From positions 124,001 through 188,000 of IMG/VR virus record IMGVR_UViG_3300035703_000008: 64,000 nt of DNA. The stretch is one strand, 5' to 3'. Positions 10,826-20,871 of the stretch are shown one piece after another. The position numbers and the translations under genes are program-made. A model generated the notes under the pieces. It was not told where the DNA came from. It ran no database searches and saw only the letters and a list, made by a program, of their open reading frames with translations. Position 1 is the stretch's first letter, and every line of letters begins with the position of its first letter.

Positions 10826-12321
10826 CAGGCTGTCCTCACGATGCTAGTGTCTGCGGGTACATCATCGCTGTCCTTGACATCACCGCCTTCGGTGAGTTCC
10901 ACTTGCACATCCACGCCGCGATTGTGATAGGGATAGGGTTCGTGTGTGGGCGCACGACTCACGATGGTCTTGATCTTGGTGGGGCTTTCTCCCCACCCTT
11001 GATTGGGAGTAAAGATAGTGTCCGGCAACTCTTTGTCCTCGAGCTTGACTGCTTTGTCGGCCGTGGGAGGTGCAGGTCCATTGAGATCGATCTTGCCGGC
11101 CTTGAAGGCCAGGGTATCACCACCGTTCCAACCGCCCGCAGTGGCATTCTTGAGTGCTAGGGTACCATCACTGAGCACACTGATGGCATTGGTGGCATAT
11201 TGATTCATCTTGTTGCTGCTGATCAGTTCCAAGAGATCCACAGCTTCGACCTTGATCTCGTTGCTTTTGAGATTGATAGACTCGCCGGCATACATGTTGA
11301 TCTTTTTGTCGGCATGCAGGTTGATCTCGCCCTGGGTGCGAACGTTCACCGAGTTGGTGGCAAACACGTCTACGGTGCCTTCGCTGCCCAACTCAATCCA
11401 GGTCTGGCCGTTGGCATGCAGGATATAAAAGAAATCACCGTCGTCGCTCATGGTGATCTGATGGCCTTTGGAGGTGCGCAACCTCATGACATTGTCGTAG
11501 CCGCGGAGATCTCCGTCGTCCATGACCAGGCTGTGTCCTCCGCGTCGTCCAGTGACTTCAACGTCGGTGGGTTTCACTGTGCCGGCATTGAGTTTTTCCT
11601 GTATTTCTTCGTCGTTGATGCCGCCCTGATATACTGGACGTCCCGGTGTAGAGATACCAAATGTAGAGCTGGGGCTTTCGCGCTGGCTGCTGGAAGTGAT
11701 GGGCCCGCGGCGCGGATCGCGTATCACACCTTGCTGGATCATCACTCCGGTGACCCAGGAATGCACGGGCTTGATTTGATCCCAGAATCTCGGACTTTCG
11801 ATGATGCCCGAGTTTTCATTGTTGATTTCTGTGACTGGCACTTGCGCAGCATCAGTGAGATAGGGTTCTTGTTTCTCGCTGTCCACTTGATAGCGAGCTG
11901 TGGCACCAATGGCCGGGATCATGTGATTGATGCCGGGTTCAGGCACACAACCCAGATAGTAACCTTGATTGGGGTCTCCAGCCACAAAGAAACAGATCAC
12001 TTGTGTGCCGAGGTCGGGTGGTGTGAACCACATGCCGTAGCTCTGCTGATTGCCGGTGTAGGTGCCCACACCAGTGGTAGTGCCTTGATGTGGTGTAGCT
12101 CCGTAGAATGGAGGGATGTAGCTCACTGTGCGCCAGAGACTGGCATCATCGGGCGTGTCACCACCAAACTGCTCGATGTAAACTTGCAAGCGTCCGGCAC
12201 GAGTGGGGTCCACGTTGTTTTTGACTACTCCGATAAAAGGGCCAAATTCAGCGGGCATACCGCCGCGATCAAACTTGTAGCCCGAAGCTAGACCTTTGGT
12301 TTTGACTATGTTATCTGCCAT
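10825..12321 (-). CDS. Baseplate hub/tail spike, gp5/VgrG-like (OB fold plus beta-helix, no lysozyme domain seen)
   Basis: GVVKNNVDPTRAGRLQV, PPDLGTQV.C.F, GHSLVMDD, RLRTSKGHQITMSD motifs. Confidence 0.85.
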   Translation of the reverse strand: MADNIVKTKGLASGYKFDRGGMPAEFGPFIGVVKNNVDPTRAGRLQVYIEQFGGDTPDDASLWRTVSYIPPFYGATPHQGTTTGVGTYTGNQQSYGMWFTPPDLGTQVICFFVAGDPNQGYYLGCVPEPGINHMIPAIGATARYQVDSEKQEPYLTDAAQVPVTEINNENSGIIESPRFWDQIKPVHSWVTGVMIQQGVIRDPRRGPITSSSQRESPSSTFGISTPGRPVYQGGINDEEIQEKLNAGTVKPTDVEVTGRRGGHSLVMDDGDLRGYDNVMRLRTSKGHQITMSDDGDFFYILHANGQTWIELGSEGTVDVFATNSVNVRTQGEINLHADKKINMYAGESINLKSNEIKVEAVDLLELISSNKMNQYATNAISVLSDGTLALKNATAGGWNGGDTLAFKAGKIDLNGPAPPTADKAVKLEDKELPDTIFTPNQGWGESPTKIKTIVSRAPTHEPYPYHNRGVDVQVELTEGGDVKDSDDVPADTSIVRTA

Positions 12322-15300
12322 TAATCATCTCTCGCGATAAGCTGGCTATTGCCAGTGGTGGTAGGTGTTGCGGCGTTGGGATCAGCGGCAGCGCCGATGA
12401 TCTGATAACTCTGTGTTTGCGGATCATATTTTTTGTTCACCCAACCTGAATTTCGGTCGTAGTCCACATAAGTCACAGTTTCCCCGGTATTTAATGCGCG
12501 TACCTGAGCAGCCAGGGCATCGTTGGTACCGGCCACTAGCTGATTTCCGGTGCCCACGGAGTCGGTATAGAGATAGGCTCCCGAGTTGGGGTCTCTGGTA
12601 ACACCCGGCGGCAATGAAGTGACGCCTGGCTGTGTGGGTACCACTGTTCCCACAGTGGTAGTGTCCGTGGTAGCTGGGTTGTTTTCGGTGGCAGGAGCTG
12701 GCTGCGACTCGGGTTCGGAATTGGTGGCTGGTGTCACCGACGAATCTCCGGCCTGTGCCGTGGATTCGTTGGGCGTGCCTGTGGGTGCTGCCGGAGTACC
12801 GCCCGAGGTCTGAAGGGTGCTGGCCACGTTGCCGGCCACGTTGGTGGGATTCCTTGTAGTATTGGCTGGAGGATTGTCGGCATTCTGTCGATCCTCTTCG
12901 CTCAAGGACTGGCTGGTAGGCGGTACTGGGAATATGATCAGCACACCTTCCAGTTCCTGCGTGAATTTGCCCTGGCTAAACACGCTTTCTACCGTGACTG
13001 CTTTGTAGACAAAACTCTGCCGCGGAGATCCAGCTTCGCCAGCAGCTCGATTGATACCGTAGTTTTTGCGACCTGGATCCATGACCCCGGTCTGGTTGTC
13101 ATAGTCCACGGGCTTGTTGAAGGCCACTTCGAACAGCACTTCCTGATTTTCAAAGTTGATGGTACCGTCGGGCAAGAATGGACCTGAATATACCTTGAGT
13201 CCTTGCACACCCGACCAGATCTCGCCCTGCTGCAGCCAAGCCGGATCGCCCACGATAGTCATCTTGATGCGACTCTGATCTGCCGGGCTGTAGAGATAGT
13301 CTGCGGCATTGGCACCGGGCTCGTTGATCACGCTGCGCCGCTGACCTTGATCGCTTTGATTGCTGCGTGTGCTGTAGGTGCGTTTTTCGTATTCGCGATA
13401 GTCGCTGGTGGCACCGGGGTAGCCCTGCGGTCCATTGACCACGATGTAGTAGAGATAGTTGTAGTCCTGCTCGAGATTGAGTATGGATGTGTTTTGCCCA
13501 GTGAACCAGTAGTTGTAGATCTTGTGCGTGCCTTGGAAACGGCTGGTAGGAAAATACTCGCTCTTGACCCCATTGACCTTGTACATGGTGATCTGGTATC
13601 GCATGCGATAGGCATAGTCGTTGCGCTTGACATCGTATTTGAGTGGCTCGGCTTCAACACCGATACGATACCAGGCCAACACATCTGCAGGCTGTCCTTG
13701 TGGTATATCCACTCGTTTACCGGTCTTGTCCACTGTAGGCATCTTGGTCTGCTGATCATAGATGAAGCTGCTGTTGCGCAGGGTCTGATCAATGAAACGC
13801 ACGATGTTGGTGCCGGCCACGATGGGAACGCTCTTGCTGGAGTTGTTGGCATTTTGCTTGCGCCCGTCTTTGCGATCGGCCGCGTCCTGGCTCTGCACCA
13901 TGCTGGTGGAACCCCAGTTAGTGGGCGATCCCGGCAACGTTGGCGGCTGTAACATGGCATCCTGCAGGACCTGATCCACGATGTCAATCACGTACTCGTC
14001 GGCCACAGACTGATACCCGCGCTTGACTCGATCCTGCTGATAGCGATTGAGAGCGTCGCAGAGTCCGCCAGTGAGCGTGGGCTTGGGTGCTGCCGATGCC
14101 TTGGGCGGAGCTTGATTTTGTGTGGGACTGGTGCCGGCCGTGACCGTGACTCCGGGCACTTCGCCGGTGTCGGAAGCATTGCCCGAGTTGGCATTGGGCG
14201 AGGCCGTGGTAGTGGCAGTGTCTTGATCGCGGAAGGTGAGATTACCGGTCAAGAGTTCTTTGAGTGTGGTGGCTGTAACTTCCACGTTGTAGGGTATGGT
14301 GCCACGACCTTGGCCGAGATTGATCAGGCTCTGCGGTACCGCGGCCTGGCATTCGTATTCAGTGAGTCGATTGGCCACACGGAACTTGATGGCAGAAAAC
14401 TGGAAAGGTATGAATTTTTCGATCACGGCTTCGGGACCTACACTGCCGTCGGCATTGCGCACTGCACCCTTGGCCGTGATGGCACGACCATACTCGTCGT
14501 AGCCGTAGAATCTGATCACCATGAGAAAGTTCTGCGCTGCATAGTTCTGGCGCTGTGTGCCGCCACGCTTGGCCACATAGTCCTGGGTGGCCGCATAGAG
14601 ATTGTCCAAGAACGTGATGCCGTTGGGTTCAATCACTTTGAAGGTCATCTCAAAAACATTGTGTGGCCCTTGTGTGGCTTTGCCGGATATCACGCTCTTG
14701 AGGCGCACGTCATCGATATAGAAGTCCAAAGGGAAGAACTGATTGCGACCTGGAACCTGTCCGCCCGTGGTAGTGATAGTGCCCGAATCAGGATCGATGG
14801 TGGAATTCACTGTGCCGGCTACCTGGGTAGGTGCTCCCGCTGAACTCATCAAGAGATGGAAGCCAGCGATGTCTTTTTTCTTGGAAGTGATGAGCCGACG
14901 ATAGTCATCGGGACTCATGATGTAGATGCTGATGTTGTAGCTGTAGCTGGCATAACGATCCAACACATTGTCTTGTGGTACTATGGCACGAGTGGGACCG
15001 CCAAAATAAGTGTTGATCTGTGTTTTGGTAGCATTGAGTTGATCGTCACCGGTGCTGCCCACACCAGGTGCACTGGTGGGCTGCACATTCCTGGCCGTGG
15101 CACCACTGGCCACTTGCGCGGCATTGTCACCGGTGTTGGTATTTTTGTTGGCCGTGGCCGGAGTTGATGCTGTGCTGCCTCCAGCTGGGGTACCTGTGGC
15201 AGCGGCATCGTCGGTGGGCACGTTTTGACCGCTGTTGTTGGCTGCAGGGCTGTTGGGACCCAGGGCCGATCCTGGCTGTGCTGTGGCCGGTGGAGTCTGC

Positions 15301-15890
15301 TGTGTTTCTTCCAGGGTGCGCAAGCGATCATTGGTGCCGTCACCACCGCTGGTAACAGGACCACCGCCATCACCGCCACCCGGTGCTACTCCTTGATTAG
15401 TGGAAGCATTGCTGGGTATTGTGGTAGTACGTTGAGGTTCTACTTCAGCGGTGTCGCCAGTTCCACCCGACGCTACCACAGCAGGGGGAGGCTCAGGGTT
15501 CTGTGTGTTGGCGCCATCGTCTCGGGCTGTTTGGGCTTGTTGTACAGTATCACCGGTGCTCTGTACTGGTGCCTTGTTGGCAGCTATCACGGCCTGGGTG
15601 GCATCATAGAGCGCACGCTGGGCCGTGCTGATTTCTGAATCCAGCTGCTGAATCCTGGAATCCAGAGCGTCTCGCTGCTGTCGCAGCTGATTGCGCTGGG
15701 CTTTGAGTGCGTCGGCCTTGGCAGTGTCGCCACGATCAAGGGCTGCGTTGATGGCTTGGAGGCTGAAGTCGCGCAGTTGGATGTCTATGCGTCGTCGGTC
15801 TCTCTCTGCTGCCAAAAGTTCAGCATTGAGTCGATCCAAGATATCGCGTGCTTGATCTTCACGCCGTTCCAGTTCTTCAACAGTGGCCAT
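12321..15890 (-). CDS. Baseplate hub protein (gp27-like position) with coiled-coil and low-complexity extensions
   Basis: 1189 aa; core NVLDRYASYSYNISI...FYIDDV...VIEPNG.TFL and IVGDP.WL...F..GKFTQ.L motifs; operon context. Confidence 0.6.
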   Translation of the reverse strand: MATVEELERREDQARDILDRLNAELLAAERDRRRIDIQLRDFSLQAINAALDRGDTAKADALKAQRNQLRQQRDALDSRIQQLDSEISTAQRALYDATQAVIAANKAPVQSTGDTVQQAQTARDDGANTQNPEPPPAVVASGGTGDTAEVEPQRTTTIPSNASTNQGVAPGGGDGGGPVTSGGDGTNDRLRTLEETQQTPPATAQPGSALGPNSPAANNSGQNVPTDDAAATGTPAGGSTASTPATANKNTNTGDNAAQVASGATARNVQPTSAPGVGSTGDDQLNATKTQINTYFGGPTRAIVPQDNVLDRYASYSYNISIYIMSPDDYRRLITSKKKDIAGFHLLMSSAGAPTQVAGTVNSTIDPDSGTITTTGGQVPGRNQFFPLDFYIDDVRLKSVISGKATQGPHNVFEMTFKVIEPNGITFLDNLYAATQDYVAKRGGTQRQNYAAQNFLMVIRFYGYDEYGRAITAKGAVRNADGSVGPEAVIEKFIPFQFSAIKFRVANRLTEYECQAAVPQSLINLGQGRGTIPYNVEVTATTLKELLTGNLTFRDQDTATTTASPNANSGNASDTGEVPGVTVTAGTSPTQNQAPPKASAAPKPTLTGGLCDALNRYQQDRVKRGYQSVADEYVIDIVDQVLQDAMLQPPTLPGSPTNWGSTSMVQSQDAADRKDGRKQNANNSSKSVPIVAGTNIVRFIDQTLRNSSFIYDQQTKMPTVDKTGKRVDIPQGQPADVLAWYRIGVEAEPLKYDVKRNDYAYRMRYQITMYKVNGVKSEYFPTSRFQGTHKIYNYWFTGQNTSILNLEQDYNYLYYIVVNGPQGYPGATSDYREYEKRTYSTRSNQSDQGQRRSVINEPGANAADYLYSPADQSRIKMTIVGDPAWLQQGEIWSGVQGLKVYSGPFLPDGTINFENQEVLFEVAFNKPVDYDNQTGVMDPGRKNYGINRAAGEAGSPRQSFVYKAVTVESVFSQGKFTQELEGVLIIFPVPPTSQSLSEEDRQNADNPPANTTRNPTNVAGNVASTLQTSGGTPAAPTGTPNESTAQAGDSSVTPATNSEPESQPAPATENNPATTDTTTVGTVVPTQPGVTSLPPGVTRDPNSGAYLYTDSVGTGNQLVAGTNDALAAQVRALNTGETVTYVDYDRNSGWVNKKYDPQTQSYQIIGAAADPNAATPTTTGNSQLIARDD

Positions 15891-15893
15891 GGA

Positions 15894-16193
15894 TTAGAAC
15901 CCCAGGGTGGATCGTAGAGTGGTGATCTTGGGCAGGTAGATTCGTTTGCCCTGTTCAAAGTCCCAGGGCGGTGCTGTGAGAGTGTTGGGATTGCGCTGAT
16001 AGAACACCCACCACAGCCCGGCATCGTTGTAAAGGTCATAGGCCAAGAGGTCGGGCCGATACTGATAGGTCTGGCTGATGGCCACGAACTTGTCGTCGCT
16101 TTCGCGAGGTATGGGCCGGTTCACCATGTTGTCAAGATAGAACTGGCTGTAAGGCGTGAGATAATAAGGGCTGGTCGCCGAATAGTTGGCCAT
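15894..16193 (-). CDS. Baseplate wedge subunit, gp53-like (LysM-related)
   Basis: 99 aa; YRPDLLAYDLY....LWWVF..RN....P..DF..G..IYLP. Confidence 0.85.
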   Translation of the reverse strand: MANYSATSPYYLTPYSQFYLDNMVNRPIPRESDDKFVAISQTYQYRPDLLAYDLYNDAGLWWVFYQRNPNTLTAPPWDFEQGKRIYLPKITTLRSTLGF

Positions 16194-17953
16194 TACCAGA
16201 ATCCTCCTTTGATGAGATCACCGTTGGCAAATTGCTTGAGGCTGAATTGTTTGCTGACTTGTTCGCGAGTCTGTATGGGCAGCAGGCGGATGCTGACTTC
16301 TAGTCGAGTAGGCACATAAGTGGGCGAGTTGGTGCCCAGGGTAGGCGGTGCTGGAGGTGTGGCCACTGCGCCTGGCTGTGCGTTAATGGAACTGAGGCGC
16401 TGTGTGACGGCATCAAACGGACCAGTGGTAGTGGTTTGGCGTATGCGTTTTTGCAGCAGTCCCGTGGAAGAGATATTGGGACTGCGAGCACGGATGTAGT
16501 CCACGTCCGCGGGTAGATTGTAGTTGAAGCTGGTGATCACGCAGGGATGCAGGTTGAACTGATACTCGCCCAGACCTTGTAGATATACCAAGGGCGGAGG
16601 TGTTCCGCGCTCGGCGTCCTGACCATAGAACATCTTGGTAGCTGATCGGAAAAAGTGTATCACTGCTAGGAGATATTCGGCTTCCTTGGTGTCCTGGGCT
16701 GTGAACGGACACTCGATGGAGATCTCTTCCACGGCGCTGCCTTGATAGAAATAGCCGCGATAGTTGCTGTGCGTGAGATCATAGGGCGTGTATTTTGCTG
16801 TGTAGGCTGTGCTGATTTGCGGAGTGTAAGGGAATACCACACCGTCGGTGTCTTTGAGCGGTTGCAGGATGCCAGGACTGGCAGCATTGTAGAGATAGGT
16901 ACTCAACGGTGCCAGTCTCAGCTTGACACGCCAGTCTCCGTCGTTGGCCTGTTTGCGTTGTTGTTGCAGCACGGCCTGGGCACGAGCACGATCCACAGCG
17001 GCCTGCTGTGCTGCGGCCTGCTCTTCTTGGAGTGCTTGCACATCAGCCAGGCTTTCAGTATTGGTGGGAGTTTCTCCGGGATCGGTCTGTGGATAGGCCG
17101 GGTCATCGTCCACGGGATTGTCTTCGGCCTGTCGCCCTTCTTCGGAGAGTCCAGCAGCGCTGGTCTCGGCTCCGTCTACTTCATAGGGATCAGGCTGCGC
17201 TGTGGGGTTGTCCTGGGCTTGGATATCTTCTTCAGAGATATCACCAGCACCGGCACCGTCTACTTCATACGGATCGGGCTGCGGCGTATCGTTGGCATCG
17301 GCCACAGAGAAATCCACGGGATCGTCTTCTTCGCCATAGGGAGATACACCGTCGGGCGTTCCTCCCAGGAATTCTGAATCAGGAACTTCGCCAGGATCGG
17401 TCTGTGTATAAGGACTGGGCTGATCTATGGGATTGTCTTGGGCCTGGATGTCCTCTTCGGCGATGTCGCCAGCACCGGCACCGTCTACTTCATACGGATC
17501 GGGCTGTGTGGCCGGAGGCGGTGTTGCTACCGAACTGCCCGGAACCGTGTTCTGGGCTTGCTCCTGTGCTGCCTGGCTGGCCGGTTCATTGGGTGTGTTT
17601 AGGGGAACTTCGTTGCCGCTGCCGGGCGGACGAGCCACTTCTTTGAGGATCTGATCATCGACGTAGCGTATGTTGTTCTGTGTTTCGGTGATCTGATTGT
17701 TGGTCTGGGTAAGAGCTTGGCGAGAACTGGAAATCTGGCGATCCAGGGCATCGGCTTCTTGTTCCAGGAGAATGCGCTGTGGATCAGCTGGCGGCAATCG
17801 CTCAATGTTGCGTTCAACCACATCCAGCTGATCTTCGTAGCGAAACACTTCGCTGCTCTGCGTGCGTGCCGTGGCCAGCAGACCATCTAGTCGAACTTGC
17901 AGCTCGGCTTTGGTGGCGTTGTAGCTGTTGATGGTTTCTGCTTGGGTGGCCAT
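16193..17953 (-). CDS. Tail tube initiator/baseplate protein (gp48/gp54-like) with long N-terminal extension
   Basis: C-terminal GVVFPYTPQI...THSNY...FTAQ...EA.YLLA..HF.RS.TKM.YG...GTPPP..L.G.G..F...P.VI.SF domain. Confidence 0.65.
   Translation of the reverse strand: MATQAETINSYNATKAELQVRLDGLLATARTQSSEVFRYEDQLDVVERNIERLPPADPQRILLEQEADALDRQISSSRQALTQTNNQITETQNNIRYVDDQILKEVARPPGSGNEVPLNTPNEPASQAAQEQAQNTVPGSSVATPPPATQPDPYEVDGAGAGDIAEEDIQAQDNPIDQPSPYTQTDPGEVPDSEFLGGTPDGVSPYGEEDDPVDFSVADANDTPQPDPYEVDGAGAGDISEEDIQAQDNPTAQPDPYEVDGAETSAAGLSEEGRQAEDNPVDDDPAYPQTDPGETPTNTESLADVQALQEEQAAAQQAAVDRARAQAVLQQQRKQANDGDWRVKLRLAPLSTYLYNAASPGILQPLKDTDGVVFPYTPQISTAYTAKYTPYDLTHSNYRGYFYQGSAVEEISIECPFTAQDTKEAEYLLAVIHFFRSATKMFYGQDAERGTPPPLVYLQGLGEYQFNLHPCVITSFNYNLPADVDYIRARSPNISSTGLLQKRIRQTTTTGPFDAVTQRLSSINAQPGAVATPPAPPTLGTNSPTYVPTRLEVSIRLLPIQTREQVSKQFSLKQFANGDLIKGGFW
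17244..17506 (-). repeat. Internal direct repeats encoding QPDPYEVDGAGAGDI(A/S)EEDIQAQDNP
   Basis: Identical 38-nt copies at 17244-17281 and 17469-17506; a third partial copy near 17170-17195. Confidence 0.85.
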
Positions 17954-17970
17954 GATCTATCCTTGTGCTT

Positions 17971-17976
17971 TATTTA
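17971..17976 (-). promoter_or_regulatory. Late promoter TAAATA heading the baseplate operon
   Basis: TAAATA, then AAGGA SD, then ATG at 17953. Confidence 0.7.
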
Positions 17977-18014
17977 CCGTGGTCATAAACGGCTAACTTT
18001 ATAGTCAGTGGCCA

Positions 18015-18042
18015 TTGACATCGTGGCCCAATCTGTTATACT
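18015..18042 (+). promoter_or_regulatory. Sigma70-type promoter for the gp55 operon
   Basis: TTGACA-16nt-TATACT with TG extended -10; AGGAG SD before TTG start. Confidence 0.7.
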
Positions 18043-18066
18043 AAGTATGTTTACAGGAGAAGTCAT

Positions 18067-18954
18067 TTGAGCACAACACCACCGCGAGTAAACTATCTCA
18101 ACAACCGTGATCTCCTCAAAGAGATCCATCTCAGCAAAAATACCTATTGCACATTCCGAGATCCCGTAACTGATCATCAATACGACATAATCTTGCCCTC
18201 GGTCACCAAGATCAACCAAAGAACCATAGCCGAGGCACGGAGGAATCGCGCAGCGCGACTTGCCCGAGAAAGTGGTGAAGAGGTCAACGAAAAACGCATC
18301 CCGCACACCGATCTTGTTTTCCGTGTCATGACCTGGGAACACATACCCCAGGCACCCAAGAAACAGCCCAAAACACAGGCCAAAAAGAAAAAGCTCGAAG
18401 ATATCCTAGGCTTTGAAGAGCTGCCCGACGAGGATCCCTTGGCAGATCTCGTCGAAGATATCGTCATCGATACCACTCATGTGCGTGTAAATTTCCCACC
18501 GTTTTGGCATTACCGACTCGACGAAGAAAAAACACCATTTGTGGTAGGCAAAAGCCATTGGCGCGGCGATCTCAGCACTGGGGAGTATTCCAGAGAGCAC
18601 GGTGAAATGACACGCAAACTGGCCATGATGTTCATGAAGCTGTGCGAACGCTATGCCACTCGATCAAACTGGCGCGGCTATACCTACAACGAAGAGATGC
18701 GTGGGCAAGCTCTGCTACAACTCAGCCAGATCGGTCTGCAGTTTGACGAATCAAAGAGCCAAAATCCCTTTGCCTACTACACCGCAGCCATTACCAACTC
18801 GTTTACACGGGTGCTCAACATCGAAAAGAAAAACCAAAATATCAGGGACGACATCTTGGAAATGAACGGACTCAATCCTTCGTGGACTCGTCAGTATGCC
18901 AATGCTGACCGTGGCATGATGAGTGGCCCTGTGACCATCGGTTCTGACGAGTGA
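18067..18954 (+). CDS. Late-transcription sigma factor, T4 gp55-like
   Basis: NYLNNRDLL, RSNWRGYTYNEEM, FDESKSQNPFAYYT....NSF.R.L..EKK motifs; upstream of gp47/gp46 as in T4. Confidence 0.9.
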   Translation: MSTTPPRVNYLNNRDLLKEIHLSKNTYCTFRDPVTDHQYDIILPSVTKINQRTIAEARRNRAARLARESGEEVNEKRIPHTDLVFRVMTWEHIPQAPKKQPKTQAKKKKLEDILGFEELPDEDPLADLVEDIVIDTTHVRVNFPPFWHYRLDEEKTPFVVGKSHWRGDLSTGEYSREHGEMTRKLAMMFMKLCERYATRSNWRGYTYNEEMRGQALLQLSQIGLQFDESKSQNPFAYYTAAITNSFTRVLNIEKKNQNIRDDILEMNGLNPSWTRQYANADRGMMSGPVTIGSDE

Positions 18955-18958
18955 TTAC

Positions 18959-19858
18959 ATGACAACTCTGTTGCATATCACACATCCTGCATTAGATTTA
19001 CAGACAATAGATCCAAGATCGACTTTGATTTCTGGTAGATTGCCTGAAAAACTACCTGATGTCGCACACACATCCCTAGGAGATTTACATGCCGGTGATA
19101 TCATTGATCTAGCCGCTAAATATCACGAATTACAATTTCACGATCAGTTTTTTGATATTGATAGCGATATCTTTCAAGAAACGCAGTTATTATTAAACTT
19201 TTTACAACATCGCAATATAATAAAAAACTTTAAAAAACCTAGTCCTGTTGAATTTTATCAAAATACCGGATACCATCACAAAGATCCTTGTTTATGGGTA
19301 TTTGGGTGTAGTCATTCATACGGGGTTGGGTTAGAACCATTGCAACGATACGGCCAATTACTGGCCGATCGTCTAGGTCTACCATTAATATTAGTTGCTG
19401 AGCCCGGTTCGTCTCTGACTTGGAGTCTAGATCAAATACATCGGTCCGATATCAAAGAATCCGACCTTGTAATTTGGCAGATTACTACCCCTTATAGAAA
19501 ATTAAAGTTTGATGTATCTCCTAAACATGTGATGCTGTCTAGTCGTGCCAGTCATTGTTATCTAGAAGTATTCACGAATCAACAAGTATTTTTTGATCAT
19601 GTGAGTATGATAAGGCAAGGTATTAACTACCTAAGATCAAAACATATTAGATTTGCAATGACATCGTTGGATAGTAAAGATTACTATTATCAGTACTTAA
19701 AAGAGTATACTCGATACCCAGAGTATTGTTATACACCAGAAATATGGAAAGATCGAGCCAGCGATGGTCTTCACCCAGGTCCTTTGAGTAATTCCGCACT
19801 TGCAGATCGTTTGTTTATTCATCTACAATTAGATATTCATACCAAAACAACAACATGA
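18959..19858 (+). CDS. Hypothetical protein with SGNH/GDSL-like domain
   Basis: VFGCSHSYGVG, A.PGSS, terminal DGLHPG; visibly AT-richer than flanks. Confidence 0.6.
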   Translation: MTTLLHITHPALDLQTIDPRSTLISGRLPEKLPDVAHTSLGDLHAGDIIDLAAKYHELQFHDQFFDIDSDIFQETQLLLNFLQHRNIIKNFKKPSPVEFYQNTGYHHKDPCLWVFGCSHSYGVGLEPLQRYGQLLADRLGLPLILVAEPGSSLTWSLDQIHRSDIKESDLVIWQITTPYRKLKFDVSPKHVMLSSRASHCYLEVFTNQQVFFDHVSMIRQGINYLRSKHIRFAMTSLDSKDYYYQYLKEYTRYPEYCYTPEIWKDRASDGLHPGPLSNSALADRLFIHLQLDIHTKTTT

Positions 19859-20871
19859 GCAACCTTTTCCGCAAAGCCATAGTATTCACCGACATCCATT
19901 TTGGGCTCAAATCCAACAGCTTGATACACAATCAAGACTGTGAACGTTTTGTGGACTGGATCATCGCCACAGGCCGGGAGCATGGTTGCGAGACCGGCAT
20001 GTTCCTGGGCGACTGGCACCATCATCGTGCATCGATCAATCTACAGACCCTGAACTTCAGTTTGCAGGCCTTGGAAAAGCTGAGTGCGGCGTTCTCGCAG
20101 TTCTTCTTTATCCCAGGCAATCACGATCTCTACTATCGTGACAAACGTGACATCCATGGTGCAGCCTGGGCCCGTCACTTGCCCAATATCCACGTATGCA
20201 ACGACTGGTTCCAGGAAGGCGATGTCATAATCGCCCCGTGGCTAGTGGGCGATGACCATAAAAAGATTTCGAAGATGTCGGCCAAGTACATGTTTGGACA
20301 CTTTGAGCTACCGCACTTCAAGATGAATGCCATGGTAGAGATGCCGGACCACGGTGAGATACAAGCCGAGCACTTTGGACACTATGACCAAGTGTTTAGT
20401 GGACACTTCCACTTGCGCCAGCACAAAAACAACATCAACTACATCGGCAATGCTTTTCCGCACAACTTCGCCGATGCCGGGGACAGCCAGCGCGGTGCTA
20501 TGATCCTCGAGTGGGGGGCGGAACCGGAGTATCACGCCTGGCCGGACCAACCTCTCTACAATGTCTGGGATCTTAGCCATGTCATTGACAATGCTGAGAA
20601 AATTTTACGCCCGAACATGCATGTCCGAGTACAGCTAGACATCGATATCAGCTACGAAGAAGCCAACTTTATTCGAGAAACATTTGTGCAAAAATATACT
20701 CTGCGAGAGATGGCTTTGATCCCAAACAAGAGATCGGCCCTGGAAGAAGACATGGCACCCGGCGATGTAAAATTTGAATCAGTAGATCAAATCGTTATAG
20801 ATCAGATCACCAAGATTGAAAGCGAATTCTACGATCCTAAATTATTACTACAAATTTACAATACGCTATGA
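19855..20871 (+). CDS. Recombination endonuclease subunit, gp47/Mre11/SbcD-like
   Basis: Metallophosphoesterase motifs DIHFG, GDWHH, GNHD, GHFE, SGHFH. Confidence 0.92.
   Translation: MSNLFRKAIVFTDIHFGLKSNSLIHNQDCERFVDWIIATGREHGCETGMFLGDWHHHRASINLQTLNFSLQALEKLSAAFSQFFFIPGNHDLYYRDKRDIHGAAWARHLPNIHVCNDWFQEGDVIIAPWLVGDDHKKISKMSAKYMFGHFELPHFKMNAMVEMPDHGEIQAEHFGHYDQVFSGHFHLRQHKNNINYIGNAFPHNFADAGDSQRGAMILEWGAEPEYHAWPDQPLYNVWDLSHVIDNAEKILRPNMHVRVQLDIDISYEEANFIRETFVQKYTLREMALIPNKRSALEEDMAPGDVKFESVDQIVIDQITKIESEFYDPKLLLQIYNTL

Noticed and set aside
220-17886. Numerous + strand ORFs (e.g. 220-963, 11200-12291, 13203-13952)
   Set aside because: Antisense shadows of long minus-strand structural genes; no motifs or start signals
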